Below are positions 38,480-50,242 of a stretch of 64,000 nucleotides of DNA, piece after piece. How positions within the stretch are numbered: the stretch's first letter is position 1; each line of letters begins with the position of its first letter. The translations under genes were made by a program, and so were the position numbers. The notes below the pieces were generated by a model. That model had not been told where the DNA came from, made no database searches, and was given only the letters and a program-made list of their open reading frames with translations. This DNA is from Mytilus californianus (Eukaryota): contig NW_026262679.1 of NCBI RefSeq assembly GCF_021869535.1, forward strand, positions 19,468,001 through 19,532,000. Direction: 5' to 3'.

Positions 38480-39341
38480 CAATAAACAATGGTATGGAAA
38501 TGGACGGTGTTAATTGGAATTACAATGAACAATGATAGGGTACTGGACGATACACTGGTAAAGTACAGGACGATGTTATCTGCAATTGCAATGAACAATG
38601 GTATGGTGATAGACGATATATGTGGAATTGCAATGAACAATAGTATGGTACTGGACAATGTTATCTGGAATTGCAATGCATAATGGTATGATATTGGACG
38701 ATGTTATCTGCAATTGCAATGAACAATGGTATGGTACTGGACGATGTTTTCTGGAATTGCTATGAACAATGGTATGGTACTGGACAATGTTATCTGGAAT
38801 TGCAATGAATAGTGGTGAAGATGTTATCTGGAATTGCAATGAACAATGATATGGTAATGGACAATGTTATCTGGAATTGCAATGAATAGTGGTATGGTAC
38901 TGGACGATGTTATCTGCAATTGCAATGAACAATGGTATGGTACTGGACGATGTTATATGGAATTACAATGAATAGTGGTATGATACTGGACGATGTTATC
39001 TGGAATTGAAATGAACAATGGTATGGTACTGGGCGATGTTATCTGGAATTGTAATGAACAGTGGTATTGTACTAGATGATGCTATTTGAAATTGAATGAA
39101 CAATGGGTTAGTACTGGACGATGTTATCTGCTACTGCAATGAACAATGGTATGGTACTGGACGATGTTATCTGGAATTGCAATGAATAGTGGTATGATAC
39201 TGGACGATGTTATCTGGAATTGCAATGAACAATGGTGTGGTACTGGACGATGTTATTTGGAAATGCAGTGAACAAGGGTATGGTACTGGACAATGTTATC
39301 TGGAATTGCAATGAACAATGGTATAGTACTGGACGATATTA
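38480..39341. repeat. 43-bp minisatellite, about 20 copies
   Basis: Unit GTTATCTGGAATTGCAATGAACAATGGTATGGTACTGGACGAT; 43-bp period seen at 38881 and 38924. Confidence 0.95.
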
Positions 39342-39831
39342 TTCACCATCACCGGTAGTTCCACGCGTTCTTTTGTTAGCCTGAAACAGATTTGTTAAGG
39401 ATGAAGGACACTTTTATGATGGCTCCTACCATGTATTAACTAACTAAACTACATTGCAAAGTCACATACCCTTTCTTCTAGGCTTCTAGAACATTTTCTA
39501 CAACTGATATTTCTGTTTTAATTTATTTTTTGTTTCTTGACTATTTAACTATAAAACTTATTTTTTAATTGCCAATAAAGCATATGTAAATAATATAATT
39601 AATTATCTTGGAGTGTAAAAACTCTTTGAATGTAATAAAGTTGTCGAACAAGTTTGGTGTTTAAAATCTCGATGAAATGAAAAGGGCGTGTAAAATAGAA
39701 TATTAAGTCGGAAAACTGATTTACTCAGTATTGCGCAACAGAAAAAGTAAGAAATCCCAAAAACGAAAAGCAATATAATTATGTTCTACCTCGCTAGGCT
39801 CGTCCAGACATAAATTATTTCTGATTCTGTA

Positions 39832-40810
39832 TTAAGAAACAACAAAGACTTTTATAGCAGGAGATACAAACCAAACAGTTCGACAAAACAAAGGAAATAT
39901 GTGTGAACAGGTTTTCATAAAAAAACAAAAATAGTAGTTTACAAATTCAAAATTATTTGTAACAGATAACCTGTTATATACATTTTCTTTGATGTAACCG
40001 TCTTTTGAGAGTTCTGACTTTCTGCGACCGTGCGCTTTTAATAATATTTCTGGTATTCTATTATGAGCTGCCTGAATCACACCTCCTCTTCTCAGACTAT
40101 GAAGATCAAATTTCCTTTATCGAAACCTGATTGACACAAAGCATCTAAAAGTAATTCTCTTGCTCTAGTATACGATGTAGGTTTGTTAATTTATACAAAG
40201 CATAACTTTATCTAATTTTTAAGAAAGTATTAATTCACTGGAAATCAAAAAAGATATTTGCTACTCTTAGATATCTCTCAAACATGGTCACTGGACACAA
40301 GTCCGAATTGGTTCTACAAATAGTGTTGCCCTGTCTATACACATCAGTAATGCTACTTTCTATTATAATTTCGAGATGAGAATTATGAAAAGATAAATTG
40401 GAAGCTTTGATATTTGCAAACTTGCTAAATTGAATAAAACCGGCGTATCCCAACACCACCAAGCAACATATTCTTAAATTCTTAATACTATTAAAATTTT
40501 CATAATTATCGATAACTTTTTGTAGAATTTCAGACGTAATTGGTTCTTTTTTATTCTTATTCATAGGCTTTGATAAAGTTCTAGTTCCTTCTTCTAAAAC
40601 CAACTGAAAAAAGGTTTCAGAAAACATTGATTGTACAAGTTAAGCTAATGCTCTCCTTTGATTGCGTTATAAGCATTTTGTAAAAGTGAAGAAGATACTT
40701 CCAGCTGAATTAGATAAGATAAGTAAAGTGCAATGTTAGCCACTGACGCTGGTAACGTAAATAAACTATGATCTGTACACCAAGTGTTTAATTTCTTAAT
40801 GACAACGGAT
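39832..40810 (-). pseudogene. Tyrosine recombinase (SAM-like N-terminal plus catalytic domain) of the DIRS element
   Basis: KKEPIT..KNLRIC..LGYAGF..F..IIIESSITDVYRQG..CPV; HSLRRGG..AA..IPE.LLKAHGR.KSE.SKDGYIKE. Frameshifted. Confidence 0.88.
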
Positions 40811-40814
40811 ATGT

Positions 40815-41125
40815 TCGAATTGTCGTAACTACAATCCCGTCCCCTTTTTTCTCGAATGTGACCTACTGAATTAGACTTATCACCAGATTTTACTAACATG
40901 ATCAACACGACGGATGCTGCATGTGGAGCAGGATCTGCTTACCCTTCCGGAGCACTTGAGATCACCCCTCATTTTTGGTGGGTTCGTGTTGCTCAGTCTT
41001 TAGTTTTCTATGTTGTGTTTTGTTTACTGTTGTTTGTTTGTCTTTTTCATTTTAGCAATGGTGTTGTCAGTTTATTTTCGACTTGTGAGTTTGAATGTCC
41101 CTTTGGTATCCTTCGCCTCACTTTT
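40815..41125 (+). repeat. Interspersed repeat, probably a retroelement 3' terminal region; inverted fragments at about 1100-1197 and 25020-25146
   Basis: GGAGCAGGATCTGCTTACCCTTCCGGAGCACTTGAGATCACCCC ... GTTTGAATGTCCCTTTGGTATCCTTCGCCTC. Confidence 0.7.
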
Positions 41126-41355
41126 AAAAGTCGTAATCATTAACTTTTATAGTATTTTTGCTTTTGCTGGACTACACACTGTTTTGTAGTTTATCAGCGA
41201 GGTCGCGTAAATAGGGGTTTTCAAATGAACTAAGATCCTTCCTGTGAGAAAAATTAAACCTAACCTGAAAGGAAAATAATACAATAAAAAAAAGAAAATG
41301 ACTTATATTGCGCAAACTACCAAACTAAAAAAAAAACGAAATTCTTTCAAGGATC

Positions 41356-41490
41356 TCCATCACGGAGTTGACAAATCCCACCACAGGAGACATAAATAAA
41401 GTTACATCACGGGAAACTGAACAAAATCCCATCACAGGAAACACAAAGAAAGTTCCATCACGGAGTTGACAAATCCAATCACAGGAGACA
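41356..41490. repeat. Short degenerate tandem repeat (CCATCACGG/CACAGG subunits)
   Basis: TCCATCACGGAGTTGACAAATCC(C/A)A(C/T)CACAGGAGACATAA at 41356 and 41454. Confidence 0.75.
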
Positions 41491-43297
41491 TAAGGTTTCA
41501 ACTCCCTCAGGCAAAGTTGACCTTAGACGGATTTGGCTATTTGTTTTAGGTATTTTTGTCATATAGCTCTTCAACTGTTTCGGTACTTATACATCCCTCG
41601 GATTTCAAATGTTTGGCTTTGAGCGTTCCTGATGAAGGTTAATCCAGAAAAGCGCTTCGGACGCATGCAATTATTAAACGTGTTGTTTTTATTTTTTTAC
41701 ATCACTGGGTCGATACCTCTGCTGGTGGACTATCAGTCCCCGAGGGTATCATCAGCTCAGTAGTCAGTACTTCGGTACTGACATGATTTATAACAAACCT
41801 TTCTAAAATTGCCCGTTTATAAACTTTGAAATTATAAAGAAACTAAGGTTTCAACTCCCTCAGGCAAAGTTGACCTTAGATGGATTTGGCTATTTGTTTT
41901 AGGTATTTTTGTCATATAGCTCTTCAACTGTTTCGGTACTTATACATCCCTCGGATTTCAAATGTTTGGCTTTGAGCGTTCCTGATGAAGGTAAATCCAG
42001 AAAAGCGCTTCGGACGCATGCAATTATTAAACGTGTTGTTTTTAATTTTTTACATCACTGGGTCGATACCTCTGCTGGTGGACTATCAGTCCCCGAGGGT
42101 ATCATCAGCTCAGTAGTCAGTACTTCGGTACTGACATGATTTATAACAAACCTTTCTAAAATTGCCCGTTTATAAATTTTGAAATTATAAGGAAACTAAG
42201 GTTTCAACTCCCTCAGGCAAAGTTGACCTTAGATGGATTTGGCTATTTGTTTTAGGTATTTTTGTCATATAGCTCTTCAACTGTTTCGGTACTTATACAT
42301 CCCTCGGATTTCAAATGTTTGGCTTTGAGCGTTCCTGATGAAGGTAAATCCAGAAAAGCGCTTCGGACGCATGCAATTATTAAACGTGTTGTTTTTAATT
42401 TTTTACATCACTGGGTCGATACCTCTGCTGGTGGACTATCAGTCCCCGAGGGTATCATCAGCTCAGTAGTCAGTACTTCGGTACTGACATGTTTTATATC
42501 AAACCTTTCTAAAATTGCCCGTTTATAAATTTTGAAAATATAAAGAAACTAAGGTTTCAACTCCCTCAGGCAAAGTTGACCTTAGATGGATTTGGCTATT
42601 TGTTTTGGGTATTTTTGTCATATAGCTCTTCAACTGTTTCGGTACTTATACATCCCTCGGATTTCAAATGTTTGGCTTTGAGCGTTCCTGATGAAGGTAA
42701 ATCCAGAAAAGCGCTTCGGACGCATGCAATTATTAAACGTGTTGTTTTTAATTTTTTACATCACTGGGTCGATACCTCTGCTGGTGGACTATCAGTCCCC
42801 GAGGGTATCATCAGCTCAGTAGTCAGTACTTCGGTACTGACATGATTTATAACAAACCTTTCTAAAATTGCCCGTTTATAAATTTTGAAATTATAAAGAA
42901 ACTAAGGTTTCAACTCCCTCAGGCAAAGTTGACCTTAGATGGATTTGGTTATTTGTTTTAGGTATTTTTGTCATATAGCTCTTCAACTGTTTCGGTACTT
43001 ATACATCCCTCGGATTTCAAATGTTTGGCTTTGAGCGTTCCTGATGAAGGTAAATCCAGAAAAGCGCTTCGGACGCATGCAATTATTAAACGTGTTGTTT
43101 TTAATTTTTTACATCACTGGGTCGATACCTCTGCTGGTGTACTATCAGTCCCCGAGGGTATCATCAGCTCAGTAGTCAGTACTTCGGTACTGACATGATT
43201 TATAACAAACCTTTCTAAAATTGCCCGTTTATAAATTTTGAAATTATAATCGCTTCGGACGCATGCAATTATTAAACGTGTTGTTTTTAATTTTTTA
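41491..43297 (+). mobile_element. Retrozyme-like tandem array: five 353-bp units (last ends about 43249) plus a 47-bp terminal fragment, one hammerhead per unit
   Basis: Unit starts TAAGGTTTCAACTCCC at 41491, 41844, 42197, 42550, 42903; only a few substitutions between units. Confidence 0.92.
41623..41664 (+). ncRNA. Minimal type-I hammerhead ribozyme (family 1); further copies at 41976-42017, 42329-42370, 42682-42723, 43035-43076
   Basis: GCGUUC-CUGAUGA-AGG(UAAAU or UUAAU)CCA-GAAA-AGCGCU-UC/GGACGC. 6-bp stem I with one GU pair, canonical core, very short stem II, UUC site. Confidence 0.82.
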
Positions 43298-43304
43298 TCT
43301 AAAC

Positions 43305-44171
43305 TAGGCATAAAAGAAATGATTTACCCCGTTATTCATGCTTATTGTCTTGCTGACAGGATTAGAGGAGAGTTTATCGATGTTATTTTTGAAACGAATA
43401 ATTTTTATCTAATGGAAGATCCAAAGTTGAATTACGCAAGTCCCATGCAAATCAAACCCAAGTTAATTTTTGAGTAGGCTTCAAAACACTCTTCCCTTGA
43501 TTAAAGAAAAATCCTGCGGATTTAAGATGTAACTGCAAGATATTAAATAATATTGTGAGTTACACTCTACTCCCCAACCATCAATATATCATCAAGATAC
43601 GATATAAATCTAAGGCACTGAAAACGCCAAGGATTGACAACAGGACGTAAAACTATTGAAAACACATGTGCTGCTGTAGATGTCTCCCAAATGTGAGAGC
43701 GGAAAATTTAAAGTATTTAGTTGTGTTCTGAAATTTCCAAGAAAACCCTGAATATGTCTGATGATCTTAATGCATGCTTACATGATGATAACCGCTTGTT
43801 AAATCAAATCTAACCATACATCTGTCTTTAATTGTGTTTTGTTAAGTCTCCAATACGCTTTCAAACTTTAATAATTTTCTTTTTCCTATAAATTGATTGA
43901 AGTGCCTTATATCTAGTATCAACCTTTCTTTAACTGAGACGTTAGCTGATACGGTGAGTGGTTTGATAACAAAAGGAATGTGATCTTTACTTTCAATAGC
44001 TGCCCCTGTTTGTAAAAGCTTATTAATGGCACGCAACATGAAAACTGAATGTTTAAAAACAGACATATTATTGTTCAATCTAGCTGATGAAGGATGTTCA
44101 AAAAAAGGTATTAAATAACCGCTAGAAATTAAGTTGAGAACAAAATTGAATGAAAATTTCCAACAAAACAT
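43305..44171 (-). pseudogene. Reverse transcriptase of the DIRS element
   Basis: ISSGYLIPF..PFVIKPLTVS..KERLILDIRHFN..KFE, FDLTSGYHHV, GFSW..YFKF..LTFG, ISYLDD (YxDD), KSVLKPTQ. Confidence 0.9.
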
Positions 44172-44329
44172 GAAGTTTTGTGCAATTTTTCATATTCATA
44201 ATCTTGCTCATGTAAATTATATAACTGGTACTCAACTGTTGCACTGCTGCTGTTTCTCTTGGGGATATCTGTCTGCTTTCTTGGGACACTGGTAGGCTCA
44301 ATGACTTTCCTCATTGCAGTAGTAATAAC

Positions 44330-45020
44330 GGGTTCCCTCCAAGGTACTCGCTTGACGTGTAAATGCGTTTTCCACCTGTTGCGCCCCTGTTCTTAGATGA
44401 TTCTTCTGTATACGCTCAACTAGGCCCACGAAAAAGATCACACGTACCCTATTCTTCATCTTGGTTCCTTTAATATGGGTTCGGACGATCGGTTGTAACA
44501 GATTTTTCCCTCCTCTTCATTTTAGCTCTATATTCTGCCTACTATAGCCTAGTAGCCTCTTCCGTATTCTTTGTTAACGGGTCGTCCATTAACTCTTCAA
44601 CGACGTCCAAACCATACTTTTCAGCTATACGAAGTAATATGTTCCTTTCTTTTAGAGATGCATCAGCTTGCTCCAAAGTTTTAACTGCTGAGCCGACAAT
44701 ATAGCGCTCTTGAAAATCTGTCACTCTCTTCAGTTCATTTATACGAGCAGTATTGATCTCGTGTTGTCTTCCATTACCCTCTAATTTAATTTTGGGAGCG
44801 ATTGTTGGTATGCGCGAACTCTTTTCCAACTATTGCCTATTTTTAAATCAATTTCTGCGAAAAGTTCTTTCTTGTGCCTTATCAAAGCAGAATCTAGTTA
44901 ACGGGAAAACAAAGAAAGGGCATCTTTAGAAGAAAATTCTTTATGATTACCTGGGCTTTTTTGATTGGACGTTTCACTAGCTCTGTTAGTAGCATCGTGT
45001 TGGTCTTCCTCGTCACTCAT
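44330..45020 (-). pseudogene. gag-like ORF of the DIRS element (disrupted)
   Basis: ATG at 45020 (MSDEEDQHD...), then IKLEGNGRQHEIN..ERNILLRIAEKYGLDVVEE..DPL, which resembles DIRS gag regions and lies upstream of RT. Confidence 0.7.
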
Positions 45021-46008
45021 GTTGAACGTTAAAGTTGTCGAACAAATTTGGTATGTGAAATCGCAATGAAATGTAAAGGGCGCGTTAAATAGTATATAAA
45101 GTCTGAAAATCGATTGACTCAGCATTGATTAACAGAAAAAGTAAAAATCTCAAAACGAAAAGAAATACAATTGTTTGATACCGTATGTTAATCTAAGAAT
45201 GTTGTTTATTGTGTAGAGTTGTTGCTATGTACTCGACATCTCCGCTTACACAAATTTATTTACATTGTATTTTGTATTGGATGATATATTGATTGATTGA
45301 TTGATTGATTGATGGCTACTAAATATCAAATGGCAAATTTAACATACATTTTCTTGACGATAACATTATTAATAATGCATATTAAATAAATATGTTTTTC
45401 CATTAGATACTACAATAGAATTTTTTTCCATTGCTGTAATTTTCTTGAAGTTCAATAAAGTATACCGCGATTGCTATCTGATAAGTAAGAAACTGATAGA
45501 AAAACTTATGTTAATGGAAAAAATGTACAAAGTGCAATGGCGTTTTTGATTCGGTATTCAACAAGCTAAGTTCAGAGACCAAAAAGAAAATTCAGTGCAA
45601 CAATTGGAAAATTTGATTCACATTATAGTTCACTAGATGCATATATGGCATTAAAGATATTAATATAATACAATGTAATCCAATCAGAGTAAAACGAGTC
45701 ATAATATGTTTATCTCTTTATAGATTCTGCAGTTACGGTGATAAAGATAATCAAAAATTGATGAGGTTATGGCGGTCATTTTCCCTACCCGTTCGAAAAC
45801 AAAATGGAGAATTGTTTAGCAAAAATATTGTGTATTTTATTTTCTCCTTCAAACACTTTTTGAATTTGCTTAGTTGTTACAGAAATTAGGCTGAAACAGG
45901 TGACATATTCCTACAATGTGATATCAATAGCTCACAACGGCAATGCTTATAAGCCGATAAAGATATGTAGTATCATAACAATGGATATACAGCTATAAAT
46001 CTTTTTAT

Positions 46009-46148
46009 TTATGCAAAATGTTGGTTGAGCAGGTTTTTGCATCCTCTACAGCATAAGCCATCATCCACTTTTGGTTCACATCCAGTACAGGAAACATCAG
46101 TATAGTGATTTTTGATTGGACAATCCTTTGGAACGTTACAACCTATAG
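46009..46148 (-). CDS. Putative terminal exon of a small Cys-rich protein (xIGCNVPKDCPIKNHYTDVSCTGCEPKVDDGLCCRGCKNLLNQHFA*)
   Basis: Acceptor CAATTTTCAAACAG, phase 1, open to TAA; 7 Cys in 45 aa; higher GC than the flanks. Confidence 0.55.
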
Positions 46149-46434
46149 CTGTTTGAAAATTGAAATATTTTAATGGTATTAAACATAATAAGAAGTCACT
46201 GAAATATGTTACAAGCAGACAAAAACAGTAAAAACGTCCAACTTGCATGAATTCAAACCTGACTATGTCAAATTGAGGCAAATTAAGACATTATGGTAGT
46301 CTTATCCTGATAATCAAACATGCATTGCTTTATCACATCAAGCAGAATAACGAACGAGTAAATGTGCAAAGTGTCCGGGGCTGATACAGGGTCCGAGGTA
46401 AGAGTACGTAAGTGTCAAAATTGCTTCTAATTAC

Positions 46435-46530
46435 ATCCCAGCTCAACTAATGGACATTTAAATGGTTTTAAGCCACAAATATATTTTTCGTGATCACTTG
46501 GGTGATCACCTCTACCCTCTGAATCTTTCA
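46435..46530 (-). CDS. Possible internal 96-nt phase1-phase1 exon (xKDSEGRGDHPSDHEKYICGLKPFKCPLVELG)
   Basis: Acceptor TATCACTTTCAG; weak donor T|GTAATT; phase-compatible with 46009-46148. Could instead read through to the stop at 46427. Confidence 0.35.
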
Positions 46531-49500
46531 CTGAAAGTGATATACGAAGACCAATGGTAATGTCCTGTGTAGTAAATCGAGCAATATCTGTTATATAAGT
46601 GAATATCATGATCTTTCAATGGGTTTTTCATATTCAGTGATACATAAAACACGTTTCTACCATGCAAATACAATAACGTATGTGTTTCGTGTATATTAAT
46701 TGCATGCTTAAAAGTTCGTAAAAACTTGCATGAATCCCAACCTGAGTAATGCAAACTGAGGCATTAGGTAAGTCATATCCAGATATTCACATAATTATGT
46801 CATAATGCATGCACTACCTTATCACATCAAGACGACCAACAAACAAGTAAATGTCAAAAGTGTTAGGCGCTGAATAAAGGCAACAGTAGTATACAGGTGT
46901 TCAAAAGTCATTAATCGATTGAGAGAAAATCCGGGTAAACTAAAATCGAGGGAAACACATCAACTATAAGAGGAAAGCAAAAAAACAACAGGAACACTGA
47001 AGTGCAACAAAAACAAACGCCAGCATACATAGAAACGAACTAATTGAATAACAACTGCCATATTCCTGACTTGGTACAGGAAATTTTAAGAAAAAATGGT
47101 GGGTTGAACCTGGTTTAATGGTTAGCCAAACCTCCCACTTAATGACAATGTTAAAAAAATATCTCTAAAATGACTACACTACGTGACAGAAATACAGCAC
47201 AAACACACGTAAGAACATTCATCACAGAGAAACGCACAAACAAATAATATAATAGTCGACAAAAACGGGCAAACTGCAGAACAACAATGAACATATTCCA
47301 TCAACGACAGACACCACAGGATATCAAAACAGTGACGCGCTTACGTAACTAACATGCAATCTCGAACTTTATACAATTATTTTTACAATACTCGTCCAAA
47401 CAAACCAATTTTCATGACAAGGGTCCGAGGTTAGGGAGTCGTAAGTGTCAGTTAACGACAAATTTTAAGTATTGTCGGAAGACTTCATCAAAGTTATTTC
47501 CAGCTCGATGATTAATCCAAGGTTATTTAAAGTTTCGCACTAAGTTTGAAGCCTCAATGCAAATATAAAAGACACAATTCACAACTATATATACTGATAT
47601 CTAGCAGACTAGTGTCTACCGAACAATTTAAAGATGTTTATGATAATTATTGATTTTAAAATTCAAGGGGCAAAAAAAGTTGCATTATCATACCTTCTCC
47701 CCTATATTCGAATTATCTGTCAGTCAGTAAACTATGAAGTTCAAGAACTATGAATTGAGTATTTTCTTTGCCAATTTGACATTGTAATATTACATTAAAA
47801 CGTTTTTCAACAATTAAAACTATTGTGTTCTAAAATACAAATAGTTGTTACACACAATTAAAAGGTACTTGAAATATTATTTCTATCTGCTAATGCAATA
47901 CTGTTACATAACAAAGGAAAGAAATCTAACCTATATGCAAAATGTTATAGTTCTGCACAATAAAAATTAAAAATTATATCATATTCGAATATTCGGAAAA
48001 TGATACGAAATATTCAGCTTCTATTATTTGCAACAATATCTTTTTAAAGTGTACAGGGTAAATATTTAACCTCCTATCAAAAAACCCGTTCGAAAGAACT
48101 TGCATTACTTATCTTCTATGTCATGATAGTATATCATTGAGTAGTGAGTAACCAGAATATAAGTGTATACCATACACGGTGTATGGTGAATTGCACGCCA
48201 GGGGTGAATTGTGTAACAGGGAGTAATAGCTTGTATTAAAGAAAAATAAATACTGTGAAGTTTGTTAACCTTGATCCAAAATCAAGGTGACAGTTGTTTA
48301 CAGATGTTAACATCTTGTAAATCGATAAGGAAAAGAAAAATCAAGGTAAAAAATAAAAAAATTATATATCTCCAAAATGAGCGAGACCGGATGAAGCGAC
48401 AGTTATTATAGAAACGAGGAGATGTGGTTTGATTGCTAACGAGACAACTATCCACAAGAGTTAATATGAAGTTATACATGCATCACCCGCAATGCAAATT
48501 TACTGTCAGTAAAAATTTCACAATCGGAAATATGAAACATAACATACGAAATTTGGCTTATTCAAACGTTGATTCTGTAATCTGAAATAACAGAACTTAA
48601 AACTTAATGTTTTTTTTCAATTTTACAGTTTTAATCAGATAAACTCGTGAGTACTTACGTGGAGCTTTTACTACAAACAAATCAAACAAAATGTTACTAG
48701 TATTTGCAATGTTTTTAAGATTTGTGTTTTCCACAAGTATTCATTTAAAGATACGTGCTTAATAAAGTTTTTACAACTTCTTCTTTCTCTACACTATGAA
48801 AATATCTATTTAATGTCTAAACTGAAGTGTTTGTTATAAACATTACAATAATTAAGCAATATTCCTTCAATAAACAAACGGTGGATTGTTAAAATCATAT
48901 TCAAATATAGGTGTTTGTCTTCAATTTGCCTTGTGGATAACGATTCAGTTCTATTATAACTATATTTCTAATCATGATTAAGGACTCATCAGCGTAGTTT
49001 AACAGTAGTAACACGGCTGATGTCACTAGTGGAACAAAAACTGTTAACCCCAAATGGAGCACCTAAGTTTAATTTCATTTCTTAGTGGGTTCTTGTTGGT
49101 TTCATGTTGCTACTTTTCTGTTTGGTGTTAAGGCAAAACATTGGTGTCTTTACGTTATTTTTGGTTTTGGGCATGCTATTGTCTGCTCAAATGTGAATTA
49201 CGTTTTTTTCATGTATCTTCTCGCTGTTTGGTTTGCTTAGTTTAAAACTAAATAAAATGACTTCATTTCGTATCTTATTTTTACAGATACATTGATACAT
49301 GTATGACATACCTCTCAGTGCTCTTTGTCCTACAATAATGTACTGAACATCACAATCATATCTAAATAATAGCACGTTACATGTATGATTCCATATACAG
49401 ATTTTATAGACATACTCAATCATTGTATGATAATCAAATCAAAAAAGTTAAATTTAAATCTTATGATTTGGAAAAATTATTGTTTTCTTTGAGATCGTTG

Positions 49501-49663
49501 CACTAACAGTTTTGTGTATTTTATTTATTTCTATTTCTTTTCTTTGTTTTGTGTTTGTTTGTAAATTCCTTTCGTGTGAATAAATTACGAATATATAAAT
49601 TGAAATTAGATCAAATATGGTTTATTTTAAATTTGAAGAAAATACCATCCTGTTTGAAACTAA

Positions 49664-50242
49664 GGTGGATTGACTGTATACCGCCATCTTGGATTGTAAA
49701 ATAGCAGTACACAAAGTCTAGTTCTTTGCTTAAATTCGAAATATTTAGTCAGACTGGCAATTACTCTGTAAGACTGTTCGTTTAAATAAAGAAAAATAAG
49801 TGATTAATTGCATTTGTTTGCTGTTTTAACAAATATTTAATATTTGTTTTTGTTCGATTCAACTTTTCAAATTAGTCATTAAAGTGGAGATAAATCTTAT
49901 AGAATTTACTAGAATGAATGTGAAATGTTCAGTTTTGACTTGTATCAAGAAAACAAATTCCATGACACCTTTTTTCCTTTTTATTTTCTTAAAGCATATT
50001 ATGAAACCTATTTTCTCAAATTAATTTTAAAATTCTATCGCAAAGATTTCTTTTTATTTAAAAAAAGTTGTTCTTTCATGAATAACCGTTGCAAAATTGG
50101 GCAATTTTGGACCACTTGTAGCTTGCAAAATATCACGGTGACCCTACTTTTGATTATATTTTTGAAAAAAGCATGGCATAATCTCCATTTTGAGAAAGTG
50201 TAAGAAACTTCTATCTGAGGAAATATTTAGTGACGATCAATC
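49664..50242. mobile_element. Kolobok-like MITE related to 1800-2751
   Basis: GGTGGATTGACTGTATACCGCCATCTTGGATTG start and GACGATCAATC end; flanks CTAA/TTAG do not form a clean TSD. Confidence 0.65.

Larger units (their letters stand above)
39636..45172 (-). mobile_element. Decayed DIRS-group (Ngaro/PAT-like) tyrosine-recombinase retrotransposon with direct terminal repeats and nested insertions
   Basis: gag-RT-YR order on the minus strand; ~145-bp direct repeats at 45030-45172 and 39636-39780; interrupted at about 40815-43300. Confidence 0.88.

Noticed and set aside
38437-38839. ORFs across the 43-bp repeat
   Set aside because: Unit length shifts frame every copy; no stable peptide repeat.
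38480-39341. Possible CRISPR array
   Set aside because: Contiguous tandem units with no unique spacers, eukaryotic context and no cas genes.
41909-43198. Four repeated ORFs MSYSSSTVSVLIHPSDF...
   Set aside because: By-product of the 353-bp array; non-ATG starts, period not a multiple of 3, and the RNA structure explains the conservation.
48960-48996. CUGAUGAGUCC on the minus strand as a hammerhead
   Set aside because: No GGAC-GAAA closure of stem II and no stem I/III pairing.
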